DNA of 64,000 bases from Coraliomargarita sp. (GTDB lineage: Bacteria > Verrucomicrobiota > Verrucomicrobiia > Opitutales > Coraliomargaritaceae): assembly GCA_965216325.1 (NCBI GenBank), contig OZ244160.1:1-64000 (forward strand), given 5' to 3'. The translations under genes and the position numbers were made by a program. Every line of letters begins with the position of its first letter. The stretch's first letter is position 1. Shown one piece after another: positions 1 through 9,909 of the stretch. The notes beneath the pieces are model-generated. The model worked only from the letters and a program-made list of their open reading frames with translations. It ran no database searches and was not told the DNA's origin.

Positions 1-231
1 GAAGGTGGCCTTTTCGTTCTTCAGTAGCTCAAGGAGTTGCTCCAATGAGTCGCAGTAACGAGAGCTGGCGAAGGCGAGCTTGTCAGCGAATTGCTCCTTG
101 AGGCTGTTGAATTCGCCCGATGGCTTGCAGACTACAAAGTCACGCTCCCATTGCGGCATTGGAGTGCGCTCGGGCAATGGCTCGAGTGCGGCGCGGATGG
201 CGGAAAAGATTTTTTCTCTATCTGAGCTCAT
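1..231 (-). CDS. lutC: LutC/YkgG-like lactate utilization protein (5' part; runs off window)
   Basis: ATG at 231 gives MSSDREKIFSAIRAAL..., open to the window edge; lies directly downstream of lutA-lutB. Confidence 0.6.
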   Translation of the reverse strand, partial: MSSDREKIFSAIRAALEPLPERTPMPQWERDFVVCKPSGEFNSLKEQFADKLAFASSRYCDSLEQLLELLKNEKATF

Positions 232-239
232 CGTTCAAT

Positions 240-1634
240 TTACTTTCTATTCTTAAACCATTTGCGGAACTCACCGCCTTCGAACTTCGGCAGCTTGCGC
301 GTGCCTTGCCAGCTTTGTGCGGATGGGTGGGGCACGAGTTGAGTCGGAATGTAATTCATGGTGTGTCCCATGGTGAGCGCGGTTTTCCACATGCTTGGTT
401 GGGAGCACATGGTGGCCCACATGGCGAGGTTCGGAGTGCCCTTCATGGCTTCGCCGGCTTTTTCTCGTTTCGCTTTATCGCGTAGGCGAAGCAGGAGATC
501 TGGAATTGGAATGTTGACCGGGCAGACCTCGTTACAGGCACCACAGAGGCTGGAGGCCTTCGGTAAGTCAGCCAGTTCCGGGAAGCGGTTACCCGCCAAG
601 AGTGGGCTGAGCACTGCGCCGACCGGTCCAGGGTAGGTGCTGCGGTAAGCGTGGCCGCCGGACTGACGGTAAATCGGGCAGATGTTCAAGCAGGCACCAC
701 AACGGATGCAGCGAAGGATCTCGCGGCACTCGCTGGCGAGCACTTCGGTGCGACGGTTGTCGACGAAGATCACGTGCATGTGCTCGGGGCCATCGGGTTG
801 ATCCTTGTGCTTGGGACCTCCGATGAACTGGTTATAAACGGTGAGCTGCTGGCCGGTGCCGGAGCGGCCGATCAAGTTGAGGAAGACGCCCAAGTCGCGG
901 TCAGTCGGCACCAACTTTTCGATACCGACGACGGCAATGTGGACCTTGTTGGCTGCCATGCAGAAGCGCGCATTGCCTTCGTTGGTAATCAGCACAATGC
1001 GTCCGGACTCGGCCGAAACGAAATTGGCACCGGTCATACCGCAGTCGGCGTCGATGTATTTCTGGCGAAGGAAATTGCGGGCGCGGTGTGTGATGGTGGT
1101 CGGGTCGTCGTTGTAGTCCGGGCCGACACCTTCGCGCTCAAAGGTCTTGGCAATGCCGCGGCGGTTCTTGTGCACGATCGGAGTGACGATGTGCGAGGGG
1201 TGGTCGTTGTCGAGCTGGAGAATGAATTCACCGAGGTCGGTTTCGATCACTTTCTTGCCCTTGCCTTCGAGGTAGTGGAGCAGCTCGATTTCTTCGGTGA
1301 GCATACTCTTGGATTTCACCAGACTTTCGCAGCCATGCTCGTTCATGATGTCGAGCACGGTCTTGAGCGCGGTGTCTTCGTCGAAGGCGTAGTGCACCTT
1401 GGCACCGTTGCGCGTGAAGGACTCTTCGGCTTGCTCGAGGTAAGTGTCGAGGTGCTCGAGTGTGTGCTGCTTGATCAGGCCAGCGGTCTCGCGCAGCTTA
1501 TCGGAATCTTCGTAGTCACGCTCCAGCGCAGCCATGCGACGCTCGGCTTTCATCTTGGCGCCGATGAAGTTGGCATCGTGCACCTCGTTGGTGAGGTCGC
1601 GAGCGACGATATCGATTTTCTGTTTGGACTTCAT
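240..1634 (-). CDS. lutB: LutB/LldF L-lactate oxidation iron-sulfur protein
   Basis: KSKSMLTEE, ETDLGEFILQL, PSHIVTP, CIRCGACLNICP and SSLCGACNEVCPV motifs; start taken at ATG 1634. Confidence 0.93.
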   Translation of the reverse strand: MKSKQKIDIVARDLTNEVHDANFIGAKMKAERRMAALERDYEDSDKLRETAGLIKQHTLEHLDTYLEQAEESFTRNGAKVHYAFDEDTALKTVLDIMNEHGCESLVKSKSMLTEEIELLHYLEGKGKKVIETDLGEFILQLDNDHPSHIVTPIVHKNRRGIAKTFEREGVGPDYNDDPTTITHRARNFLRQKYIDADCGMTGANFVSAESGRIVLITNEGNARFCMAANKVHIAVVGIEKLVPTDRDLGVFLNLIGRSGTGQQLTVYNQFIGGPKHKDQPDGPEHMHVIFVDNRRTEVLASECREILRCIRCGACLNICPIYRQSGGHAYRSTYPGPVGAVLSPLLAGNRFPELADLPKASSLCGACNEVCPVNIPIPDLLLRLRDKAKREKAGEAMKGTPNLAMWATMCSQPSMWKTALTMGHTMNYIPTQLVPHPSAQSWQGTRKLPKFEGGEFRKWFKNRK

Positions 1635-1646
1635 TTTTTGTTTTTG

Positions 1647-1714
1647 GGTAGGGGTGCTTGCCCTCAAGCATCCGGTTCCGAGTGGGCGGACGGCTCAGGG
1701 CAGCCGTCCCTACC
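1647..1714. repeat. GTAG-type REP doublet (REPIN-like)
   Basis: GGTAGGG...CCCTACC termini, each arm with an internal hairpin (tgcttg/caagca; gacggct/agccgtc). Confidence 0.7.
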
Positions 1715-1719
1715 TGTGG

Positions 1720-2493
1720 TTAAATTTTGCCAGCGTTCTGGAGTGAGTCGCGAAGGATCTGCGCGAGGTGCATGCGCTTGTAGGGCATGCCTTGCTTATC
1801 CATCATGCCACCGAAGTGCATCATACAGCCCATGTCCGCGGCTGCGACGACGTCGGGCTTGCAAGCGGTTAGGTTTTCGATCTTCAGCTCGCCCATCTTT
1901 TCGGAGATGTTCGGGAAACTGACCGAGAAGGTACCACCGAAACCGCAGCATTGTTCCACCTCGTCGATTGGTTGGAGGTCGATTCCGTCGATGCTGCTAA
2001 GCAGAGTGTTGACTGCTTCCGGGCTACGTGAGCCACGTAAGTGGCAGCTGCGGTGGAAGGTCATCTTGGCGTCGAACTTGCCGGGCCACTCGGTGATGCC
2101 GAGGCCAAACACGATGTAGTCGGCGAGTTCCCACGTGCGTTCGCCTAGCGCTTTGACTTCAGGCAAGTCGTCTTCCTTTTCAAAGGCGAGTAGGGCGCCG
2201 TGAAAGATCATCGCCGCGCAGGATCCGGATGGTGAGATGATCGGCTTGTCGCCGCTAAACACCTTTACCGCATTGCGCACGACCTTGCGTGAGTTGGCCC
2301 AATCGCCTGCGTTGAAGGCCGGCTGGCCGCAGCAGGTTTGGCCATCGGGCAACTCGATGTCGCAGCCGAGGAATTCAAGGACTTGGACCGTTGCTTTGGC
2401 AACGTCGGCGTAAAACGCGTCGCAGAGGCAAGTCGTCATCATTTGGACGGACTTACCGTTGGGGCGGTTGGGTGGAGTATGAAGCAAGCTCAT
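1720..2493 (-). CDS. lutA: LutA/LldE CCG-domain Fe-S protein
   Basis: QTCCGQPAFNAG, PSGSCAAM, HRSCH and CCGFGGTFSV motifs. Confidence 0.93.
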   Translation of the reverse strand: MSLLHTPPNRPNGKSVQMMTTCLCDAFYADVAKATVQVLEFLGCDIELPDGQTCCGQPAFNAGDWANSRKVVRNAVKVFSGDKPIISPSGSCAAMIFHGALLAFEKEDDLPEVKALGERTWELADYIVFGLGITEWPGKFDAKMTFHRSCHLRGSRSPEAVNTLLSSIDGIDLQPIDEVEQCCGFGGTFSVSFPNISEKMGELKIENLTACKPDVVAAADMGCMMHFGGMMDKQGMPYKRMHLAQILRDSLQNAGKI

Positions 2494-2529
2494 ATTGGTG
2501 TGTTCGGTTCTCGTGCCGTCAGCTAGTAT

Positions 2530-4011
2530 TTAGCCTCCGACGATTTTAGCAAATCGGATCTTGGCTTCGGCCCAAGGCACGCGGTCCTCAGGGTCGAAGG
2601 TTTCGACCAGTGATGAATTCAGAATGATTTTGCGGCCCTCGGAGATGTCGTTGATCTCGCCGCTGGCGAGCATTTGGACGAGGATGTTGCCGAGGCCGGT
2701 TGCTTCGACCGGGCAGGCGGCGACATCGACGCCAATAGAGTTGGCGGCAAATTGGTTGAGGAGTTTATCCTGGCAGCCACCGCCTACGATGTGAAGCGTG
2801 GTAGGCTTGTGCTCGGTGTATTGAACGAGCTTTTCCCAAACTTGTGCATAGCGAAGTGCGAGACTCTCGTAGATGCAGCGAATGATTTGTCCCTTGGTTT
2901 CCGGGATTGGTTGGCCGGTCTCGTGGCAGTATTCCTGAATTTTTTCGGGCATGCGGCCGGCTTCGATGAAGCGCATGTCGTCGGGGTCGATGAAGCTGCG
3001 GAAAGGTTCAGCCTCGGCTGCGAAGCTCGCCATCTTGCTGTAGGGGACGTCTTCGCCGCCGGCTTTCCAGTAACGCTTGGTTTGTTGGATGAGCCAGAGC
3101 CCACAGATGTTTTTCAGGAAGCGGACCTTGTTGTTGACACCAATTTCATTGGTGAAGCCATCGGCGAGAGATTGCTCGGAGATGACGGGCTCTGGGAGCT
3201 CCAAGCCGAGGAGTGACCAAGTGCCACTGCTGAGATAGGCAGGGGTGACGGCTTGGCTGGGTACTGCAGCCACTGCGCTGGCGGTGTCGTGCCCAGCTAC
3301 GGTGATCACGTTGACGCCATTGAGGCCGGTGCGGCGTGCGACTTTTTCTTCGAGTTCGCCAAGTGTCGTGCCCGGATCGGTGATCTGTTTGAACAGATGC
3401 TTGGGGATGCCCATCTTTTCGATGAGTTCGAAGTCCCAGTCGCGCTTCTTAGCACTGTAAAGTTGCGAGGTGCTGGCGATGCTGCGCTCCTGCGCCTTGT
3501 TGCCGGTGAGCCAGAAGCCGAGCAGGTCTGGGATGAAGAGAATGTCCTCCGCAGCTTCGAGGGCAGGGGTGCGGCCTTCAACCTCCGAGAGTAGTTGGTA
3601 GAGTGAATTGAAGAACAAGCACTCGATCCCGGTGGATCCGTAGATCTCTTCGCGAGGCACCTTTGCAAAGGCTTTCTCCATCATCCCGTCTGTGCGGTTG
3701 TCGCGATAGTTGTAAGGAATACCGAGTAGACGCCCGTCTTTATCGAACAGGCCGTAGTCCACGCCCCATGTATCGATACCAATGCTCACCACTGAGTCAC
3801 CATAGGTATCTGCTGCGATGCGAAGCCCTTCGAGCACGTTTTGATAGAGTGCGCTGATATTGCAGTGCACGCCACTCGGCAGTTCGAGCCCGATATTCTC
3901 AAAACGGTTCAGTTCGTGAAGCTCGATACGGGTGCCGTCGAACTCTCCGGCGAGAACGCGTCCGCTGCCAGCTCCAAGGTCAACTGCAAGGTATACTTTC
4001 TTTTGGCTCAT
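2530..4011 (-). CDS. rhaB: Rhamnulokinase/L-fuculokinase (FGGY family)
   Basis: AVDLGAGSGR, GIDTWGVDY, GHDTASAV, SSGTWSLLG, LKNICGLW motifs. Confidence 0.88.
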   Translation of the reverse strand: MSQKKVYLAVDLGAGSGRVLAGEFDGTRIELHELNRFENIGLELPSGVHCNISALYQNVLEGLRIAADTYGDSVVSIGIDTWGVDYGLFDKDGRLLGIPYNYRDNRTDGMMEKAFAKVPREEIYGSTGIECLFFNSLYQLLSEVEGRTPALEAAEDILFIPDLLGFWLTGNKAQERSIASTSQLYSAKKRDWDFELIEKMGIPKHLFKQITDPGTTLGELEEKVARRTGLNGVNVITVAGHDTASAVAAVPSQAVTPAYLSSGTWSLLGLELPEPVISEQSLADGFTNEIGVNNKVRFLKNICGLWLIQQTKRYWKAGGEDVPYSKMASFAAEAEPFRSFIDPDDMRFIEAGRMPEKIQEYCHETGQPIPETKGQIIRCIYESLALRYAQVWEKLVQYTEHKPTTLHIVGGGCQDKLLNQFAANSIGVDVAACPVEATGLGNILVQMLASGEINDISEGRKIILNSSLVETFDPEDRVPWAEAKIRFAKIVGG

Positions 4012-4053
4012 TTAAATAGGTATGGTAGTGTTTAGTTGGTAGTCAGGTTGAAA

Positions 4054-4815
4054 TTATTCGGCGATTGTTAGGCGCATCCCTTTGGATTGGATTTGTTGGG
4101 CCAGGTCGGGGGCGATTCCGCTGTCGGTGATAATTCGGGAGATATCGCTGAATTCGGCGAAGAAGTATTCGGAGGTCAGATTGAACTTGCTGGAGTCGAC
4201 CAGCAGCACGACTTCCTCTGCGTATTGAACCAGACGTTCTTTAAAAGTTGCCTGTTGCTCAAACCCCTCGCTCGCACCGCGATCCATATCAAAGCCGATG
4301 CAGGAGATGAAGGCGGTATTGATGTGGTGGCGGCGCAGGGCGTTGATGCTGTCTCCGCCGACAAATGTGCGGGTCTTGGGGTGGTAGCGACCACCGGTCG
4401 AGATGACTTCGACGTTTTCTTTACCAGTGAGTTGTTCAAGCACCGCAAAGGCGTTGGTCACTACGCGATAGGGCAGGTCGGGAAGCACTGAGACCAGAGA
4501 GACGGCAGTCGTGCTACTATCAAAGGCGTAAGTTTGGCCAGGCTGGATGAGTTCAACCGCAGCCTTGGCGATCGTCTTCTTGCTCTCGATGTTAAGTGTG
4601 CTGCGTTCGCTGAAGGATTGTAGGTTCGGGCGTCCGCTTAGGTTGCTGGCTCCTCCGTGTATGCGAGTGAGCTGATCGTTGTCGGCTAAAACCTGTAGGT
4701 CGCGCCGTATCGTTTCGTCGGTTACTTGAAATTCCTCAGCTAGATCAACTGTGCGCACGGTGCCGCGTTCTTCGAGGAGTGCCAGTATTTGCTGCTGTCG
4801 TTCGGGTGCTAACAT
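4054..4815 (-). CDS. DeoR/GlpR family transcriptional regulator of the BMC locus
   Basis: VTDETIRRDL HTH, RIHGGA, DSSTT, VDSSKF. Confidence 0.95.
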   Translation of the reverse strand: MLAPERQQQILALLEERGTVRTVDLAEEFQVTDETIRRDLQVLADNDQLTRIHGGASNLSGRPNLQSFSERSTLNIESKKTIAKAAVELIQPGQTYAFDSSTTAVSLVSVLPDLPYRVVTNAFAVLEQLTGKENVEVISTGGRYHPKTRTFVGGDSINALRRHHINTAFISCIGFDMDRGASEGFEQQATFKERLVQYAEEVVLLVDSSKFNLTSEYFFAEFSDISRIITDSGIAPDLAQQIQSKGMRLTIAE

Positions 4816-4822
4816 GTTGATA

Positions 4823-4921
4823 TGTGGGATATTTTTGGTTTATGTGGGCGAATTGTTGGAAAAAACCACAACTATGCAAGAAATATGTTGACTTCTATTG
4901 GGAATATTTGGTTTTTATGTG
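4823..4921. promoter_or_regulatory. Divergent promoter region with candidate DeoR operator repeats
   Basis: tgtgggatatttttggtttatgtggg (4823-4848) and ttgggaatatttggtttttatgtg (4898-4921); about 10-bp periodic TGG units; TTGACT at 4888. Confidence 0.45.
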
Positions 4922-4940
4922 CCGAAACACAGAATTTCAA

Positions 4941-5630
4941 ATGTCTTCAGCATCAAGCCAACCCCTGAATCGCACCCAAATCGAAATGATGGTGCGCACA
5001 AGTCTGAGTCGCCAGAAGGGCGCAAGCGCTCCTGCAGCTGCCGCTGTCTCCGGGCCTCCGAATCCGCTCGTTGTGAATTCGAGTGCCCGCCATTGCCACC
5101 TCTCTCAGGAAGCGGTTGAGATCCTTTTTGGTAAAGGGCATCAGCTTACTCCGATGAAGTGGTTGTATATGGACGGTCAGTATGCGGCGCAGGAGTCAGT
5201 TACGCTGATTGGTCCGCGTAGCCGTGTGATTTCCAACCTTCGTATCCTGGGGCCATGCCGTGATTTCAATCAGGTTGAACTGGCCTATACGGATGCGATT
5301 TCGCTTGGATTTAAAATCCCTGTTCGCAACTCGGGTGACATTGCTGGCACACCAGGCGGTATGCTTATGGGCCCGAAGGGCTACCTCAAGATGGAGGAGG
5401 GCATTATTCGCGCGGCGCCACACGTGCACATGACTCCTGCGGATGCCGACTACTATGGCGTTAAGGATAAGGACTTCATGAAGCTTAAGGTCGGCGGCGA
5501 ATTGGCGATGACCTTTGACCGGATTTTTGTTCGCGTTGACCCATCTTTCAAACTCGAAGTTCACATCGACACTGACGAAGCCAATGCCTGTGGCCTTGGT
5601 CCGGACGTTCCTTGCGAGCTTGTTAAGTAA
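4941..5630 (+). CDS. pduL: PduL phosphotransacylase with N-terminal encapsulation peptide
   Basis: SARHCHLS, RILGPCR, QVEL, HVHMTP, EVHIDTDEANAC; N-terminal RTQIEMMVRTSL helix. Confidence 0.92.
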   Translation: MSSASSQPLNRTQIEMMVRTSLSRQKGASAPAAAAVSGPPNPLVVNSSARHCHLSQEAVEILFGKGHQLTPMKWLYMDGQYAAQESVTLIGPRSRVISNLRILGPCRDFNQVELAYTDAISLGFKIPVRNSGDIAGTPGGMLMGPKGYLKMEEGIIRAAPHVHMTPADADYYGVKDKDFMKLKVGGELAMTFDRIFVRVDPSFKLEVHIDTDEANACGLGPDVPCELVK

Positions 5631-5693
5631 ACTTTCGGATATTACGTATCCTGAATCTCAATACATTACACACAACCAAAACCAATACATATC

Positions 5694-5960
5694 ATGAGTG
5701 AATCAATTGGATTGATCGAAACAAAGGGCCTTACTGGCTCAATCGAGGCTAGTGATGCTATGGCAAAGGCCGCAGCTGTTACTCTAGTCAAGCAAGTCTC
5801 CATCGGCGGTGGTTTCCTTACCGTCCTTGTCAAGGGAGACGTAGGTAGCGTGAAGGCTGCTGTTGAAGCAGGCGCAGAAGCTGCAAATCGCGTAGGTGAG
5901 CTTGTTGCTTCCAACGTGATCGCACGCCCACACGAAGACCTCCTCAAATACTTTCAATAA
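5694..5960 (+). CDS. BMC-H shell hexamer protein
   Basis: IGLIETKG, DAMAKAA, GDVGSVKAAV, VIARPH. Confidence 0.96.
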   Translation: MSESIGLIETKGLTGSIEASDAMAKAAAVTLVKQVSIGGGFLTVLVKGDVGSVKAAVEAGAEAANRVGELVASNVIARPHEDLLKYFQ

Positions 5961-5987
5961 TAAATCCTAAGTAAGGAGAATAATACC

Positions 5988-6266
5988 ATGGCTAAGCAAG
6001 CAATTGGAATGATCGAATGTAAGGGCCTTATCAGCCTTATGGAAGCTAGCGACGCAGCACTTAAGTCTGCTGATGTTAGCATGACTGGCTGGGAAAAGAT
6101 CGGCTCTGGTCTTGTTACCGGTTTCTTCACTGGTGACGTAGCTGCAGTTAAAGCAGCTGTTGAAGCTGGTGCAGACGCAGCAGGTCAAGTTGGCGAAGTC
6201 GTCGCTGTACAAGTGATCCCACGCCCACACGACGACCTCGGTAAGCTCGGCAGCTGGATCGGGTAA
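5988..6266 (+). CDS. BMC-H shell hexamer protein
   Basis: [31 protein letters not shown]. Confidence 0.96.
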   Translation: MAKQAIGMIECKGLISLMEASDAALKSADVSMTGWEKIGSGLVTGFFTGDVAAVKAAVEAGADAAGQVGEVVAVQVIPRPHDDLGKLGSWIG

Positions 6267-6313
6267 ACTAAATTTGATTGAATGAATCCCATGCGCACCG
6301 GCGCATTGCCATT

Positions 6314-7498
6314 ATGAAGATCCTCATCGCCAACCTAGGCTCCACGTCTTTCAAGTATCGCCTCTATGATATGAGTGAGTCCGCTGCGGACATGCTCGCA
6401 AAGGGTGGTTTTGAACGTGTCACTGAATACACTCCGTGCATCGAAGAGATGTTGGAGACTTTGGTGAGCGAAGGGCATCTTCAATCCGGTGACGATCTCG
6501 ATGCGGTCGGTTTTAAGACCGTGCTCGGGAAAGACCTCAGTGGTTGTGTGAAAGCGGACGAGCGCGTCCTTGAAGCTCTGGATGGCTTCAAGGAGGTGGC
6601 TCCCGCCCACAACCCGGCCTATGCTGAAGGCATTCGCTGCTTCCAGCAAAAGCTTCCCAACGTGCCACGTGTTGCCCTGTTTGAAACTGCGTTCTACCAG
6701 TGGATGACTCCGGCAGCTTACAACTATGCAATTCCGCAGGCATGGCGTGATCTTGGTATTCGCCGCTATGGTTTCCATGGTGCGAGCCACAAGTTCATCG
6801 CCGAGCGCACTGCAGAACTACTTGGACGTGACGATGTCGCAACGCGTGCTCAAGGCCTCTATGTGGATGGCCCGGGTGAGTTCGACGGTGCGCCATTCCG
6901 CGTGCTTTCCTGCCACCTCGGTGGTAGTAGCTCTGTAACCGGCATTCAGAATGGTGTTTCAATCGGCACCAGCATGGGCTTCAGCCCACAAAGCGGGCTT
7001 CCGCAAAACAACCGTGTTGGCGACCTCGATTCCATGGCGATCCCATATGTCACTAAGATGTTGGGCATCTCCGTTGAAGAAGCAGAACGTCAGCTCAACA
7101 AGGAGAGCGGCTTGCTCGGACTTTCCGGTGTTAGCAACGATGCGCGTGACATCCGTGATGCAGCTGACGCAGGTAATGAAGAAGCAGTCCTCGCCAACGA
7201 TGTTCTAATCGACAGCATCCGTCACTGGGCTGGTTCCTTCTTTTTCAAAATGGGCGGTGCCGAAGTGATCTCCTTTACCGCTGGGATCGGTGAGAACGAT
7301 GCCGAACTTCGTGAAGCAGTTTGTGCAAACCTCGAAGGCCTGGGTGTGAAACTCGACCCTGAAGCGAATGCTAAAACAATCCGTGGCGCCGAAGGCATTA
7401 TCAGCGCACCGGACTCCACGATCAAGGTCGTGGTTATCCCCGCAAATGAAGAACTGGTCATCGCTCGCGAAGTCTATCGCAATATTCAAGCCGGCTAG
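6314..7498 (+). CDS. ackA: Acetate/propionate kinase family protein (probable lactate-forming kinase)
   Basis: NLGSTSFKY, RRYGFHGASH, CHLGGSSS, TSMGFSP, FTAGIGEN, NEELVIAR. Confidence 0.9.
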   Translation: MKILIANLGSTSFKYRLYDMSESAADMLAKGGFERVTEYTPCIEEMLETLVSEGHLQSGDDLDAVGFKTVLGKDLSGCVKADERVLEALDGFKEVAPAHNPAYAEGIRCFQQKLPNVPRVALFETAFYQWMTPAAYNYAIPQAWRDLGIRRYGFHGASHKFIAERTAELLGRDDVATRAQGLYVDGPGEFDGAPFRVLSCHLGGSSSVTGIQNGVSIGTSMGFSPQSGLPQNNRVGDLDSMAIPYVTKMLGISVEEAERQLNKESGLLGLSGVSNDARDIRDAADAGNEEAVLANDVLIDSIRHWAGSFFFKMGGAEVISFTAGIGENDAELREAVCANLEGLGVKLDPEANAKTIRGAEGIISAPDSTIKVVVIPANEELVIAREVYRNIQAG

Positions 7499-7553
7499 TA
7501 TCCAATTTCTAAATACACTATAAATTCAAAGTTAATTCAACCCACATAAAACT

Positions 7554-7859
7554 ATGGCAACACAAGCAATCGGAATCCTCGAAACTAAAGGTCTTGTCGC
7601 TCTCGTGCAAGGCACAGACGCGATGCTCAAGTCCGCAAACGTTGAACTCACTGGCCCAATGAAGGGTGTCGGTAGCGCTCTTGTAAGCGTCACTGTCACT
7701 GGCGATGTTGCAGCTGTTAAGTCTGCAATCGAAGCTGGTTCAGAAACTGCCGGTCGTTACGGCGAAGTTGTGAGCGCACACGTGATTGCACGTCCTCACG
7801 AAGACACTGCTACAGTGATTCCTTCTCTCAAGCCTGCTGCAAAGCGCGCTGCTAAGTAA
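7554..7859 (+). CDS. BMC-H shell hexamer protein
   Basis: IGILETKG, DAMLKSA, GDVAAVKSA, VIARPH. Confidence 0.96.
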   Translation: MATQAIGILETKGLVALVQGTDAMLKSANVELTGPMKGVGSALVSVTVTGDVAAVKSAIEAGSETAGRYGEVVSAHVIARPHEDTATVIPSLKPAAKRAAK

Positions 7860-7868
7860 GGTTTTCCA

Positions 7869-8183
7869 ATGTATCTGGGAAAAGTCATTGGTTCCGTCGT
7901 AGCGACGAAAAAGGATGAGTCCATGCGGGGGCATAAGCTCCTCATGGTTCGCCCGATGCTTGTCGATACGGAGAACCCAAGCCAACTCAAGCCGGGTAGC
8001 AATACGATCGTATGTATCGATACACTCGGTGCCGGTGAGGGTGAGCTGGTGATGTTTGCCCAGGGAAGTTCGGCGCGTATGGCTGATGGCCTGAAGCCGC
8101 TTCCCGTCGATGCAGCAATTGTTGGCCTTGTCGATGCCGTCAATATTCTTGGCGAGAGTGCTTACAAGGCGACGAATAGTTAA
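7869..8183 (+). CDS. BMC-P vertex protein (EutN/CcmL)
   Basis: MYLGKVIGSVVATKK, DTLGAGEGE, PVDAAIVGLVD. Confidence 0.96.
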   Translation: MYLGKVIGSVVATKKDESMRGHKLLMVRPMLVDTENPSQLKPGSNTIVCIDTLGAGEGELVMFAQGSSARMADGLKPLPVDAAIVGLVDAVNILGESAYKATNS

Positions 8184-8202
8184 ACTTTAGAAGGATCATA
8201 CC

Positions 8203-9645
8203 ATGAGTCAGTTAGATGAATCAGCGATTCGTTCTGTGGTGAGTGAGGTGCTCGCGCAGATGCAATCCACAGGCAAACTTTCGATGCCAAGCATCCAGTC
8301 CCGTCCAGGCAAACACGGCGTGTTCGACGATGCCGATCAGGCTGTAGCGGCTGCACGTAGCGGCTTTGAACAGCTTCAGAAAAAGGGCTGGGCCGCACGT
8401 GCAAAGGTCGTCGAGATCGTTAAGCAAATGTGCTGGGACAACGCTGAGCGTTGGGGCCAGATCGAATTCAACGAAACCAAGATCGGTCGTCTTGAGCACA
8501 AGCCTCTGAAGCTTCAGGGGGTAAAGAATGTGCTCGGCACTGAATACATGATGCCACAAGGCATGAGCGGTGACTTCGGTATCACTCTCGACGAGGCTGC
8601 ACCTTTTGGTGTGATCGTCGCGATCACACCGTTGACACACTCCGTTCCAACCATTGCGGGTAACATCGTGAACATGGTGGCCGCTGGTAACTCGATTGTT
8701 TTCAACCCGCACCCGGGTGGTGCTGCGGTTGCTGCACTCGCGATCAACGAATTCAATGAAGCCATCAAGGCTGAGCTAGGTATCAGCAACCTGCTGTGCA
8801 CTATCGAAAAGCCATCGCTTGATTCCTTCAACGCTCTTTGCACACATGACGATGTGAACTTGCTCTGCATCACCGGTGGTCCTGGTGTTGTGGATGCGGC
8901 GATGAAGACCGGTAAGCGCGCGATCTGCGCAGGACCGGGTAACCCGCCGGTTGTTGTGGATGACTGCAGTGCACTCGACTTCGACCGTGTCGCTCGCGAC
9001 ATCATCACAGGTGGTGGTTTCGACAACAATCTGCTCTGCATCGGTGAAAAGCAAATCATTGCGGTCGCTGATTCCTACGCCAAGACACTTGAAGCGTTGA
9101 AGCGCCAAGGTGCAGTTGTTCTGACTGCCCAACAGCACGAAGCGATCAAGAACGAAGTCTTCGACTTCAAGAGTGGTGTTGGCTGTGGCCGTCCAAGTTT
9201 GAACCGCAAGTGGGTCGGTGCAGGTCCATCCGCTCTCGGTAAGATCGCTGGTCTGAACATCGATCCTAAGGTTGAAATGCTGATCGCTGAAACTGACTTG
9301 AATGATGCATTCGTTCAGGAGGAGCAAATGATGGCGCTGCTGCCAATCGTTCGTGCCAACGACTTCGACCAAGCGCTTCAGTTCGCGAAGCAGTCTGAGC
9401 ACGGTGATAAGCACTCTGCGATGATCCACACCATGAATGTCGACCGTATGACTCAAATGGGTCAAGCAATGGACACCACGATCTTCGTGAAGAACGGTCC
9501 ATGTGTTGCCGGTCTTGGCATGGGCGGTGAAGGCTTTATCAGCTTCTCTATCGCGACGACAACCGGTGAGGGTATCACAACACCACGCACCTTCACACGT
9601 TTCCGCCGCTGCACGCTGGTAAATAATCTTAACATCGTTTCTTAA
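8203..9645 (+). CDS. CoA-acylating aldehyde dehydrogenase (PduP/EutE-like) with encapsulation peptide
   Basis: PFGVI, ITGGPGVV, AGPGNPPVVVD, FDNNLLCIGEK, TGEGIT; N-terminal DESAIRSVVSEVLAQM. Confidence 0.95.
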   Translation: MSQLDESAIRSVVSEVLAQMQSTGKLSMPSIQSRPGKHGVFDDADQAVAAARSGFEQLQKKGWAARAKVVEIVKQMCWDNAERWGQIEFNETKIGRLEHKPLKLQGVKNVLGTEYMMPQGMSGDFGITLDEAAPFGVIVAITPLTHSVPTIAGNIVNMVAAGNSIVFNPHPGGAAVAALAINEFNEAIKAELGISNLLCTIEKPSLDSFNALCTHDDVNLLCITGGPGVVDAAMKTGKRAICAGPGNPPVVVDDCSALDFDRVARDIITGGGFDNNLLCIGEKQIIAVADSYAKTLEALKRQGAVVLTAQQHEAIKNEVFDFKSGVGCGRPSLNRKWVGAGPSALGKIAGLNIDPKVEMLIAETDLNDAFVQEEQMMALLPIVRANDFDQALQFAKQSEHGDKHSAMIHTMNVDRMTQMGQAMDTTIFVKNGPCVAGLGMGGEGFISFSIATTTGEGITTPRTFTRFRRCTLVNNLNIVS

Positions 9646-9651
9646 CTGTAA

Positions 9652-9906
9652 ATGATTCTAGCCCGTATAGATGGCCATGCTACAGCCAGCATCGGCCACC
9701 CAAGCCTCAGAGGTCAGAAAATCGTGCTCTGCACGCCGATCGATGAGAATGGGAAGACTGCGGGTTCTCCTTTCGCAGCCCTCGACCCGATTGGTGGGGG
9801 GCTGTATTCGGAAGTTTTTATTACGACTGACGGTTCCTGGACGCAAGGGACTGTTAACGACGATCATTCTCCCATCCGCAATCAAGTGATGGGGATCATT
9901 GATTAA
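9652..9906 (+). CDS. BMC-P vertex protein (EutN/CcmL)
   Basis: MILARIDG...HPSL, ALDPIGGG, VMGIID. Confidence 0.88.
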   Translation: MILARIDGHATASIGHPSLRGQKIVLCTPIDENGKTAGSPFAALDPIGGGLYSEVFITTDGSWTQGTVNDDHSPIRNQVMGIID

Positions 9907-9909
9907 ACC

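Noticed and set aside
651..1922. 423-aa plus-strand ORF
   Set aside because: Antisense shadow of lutB/lutA with no recognisable motifs
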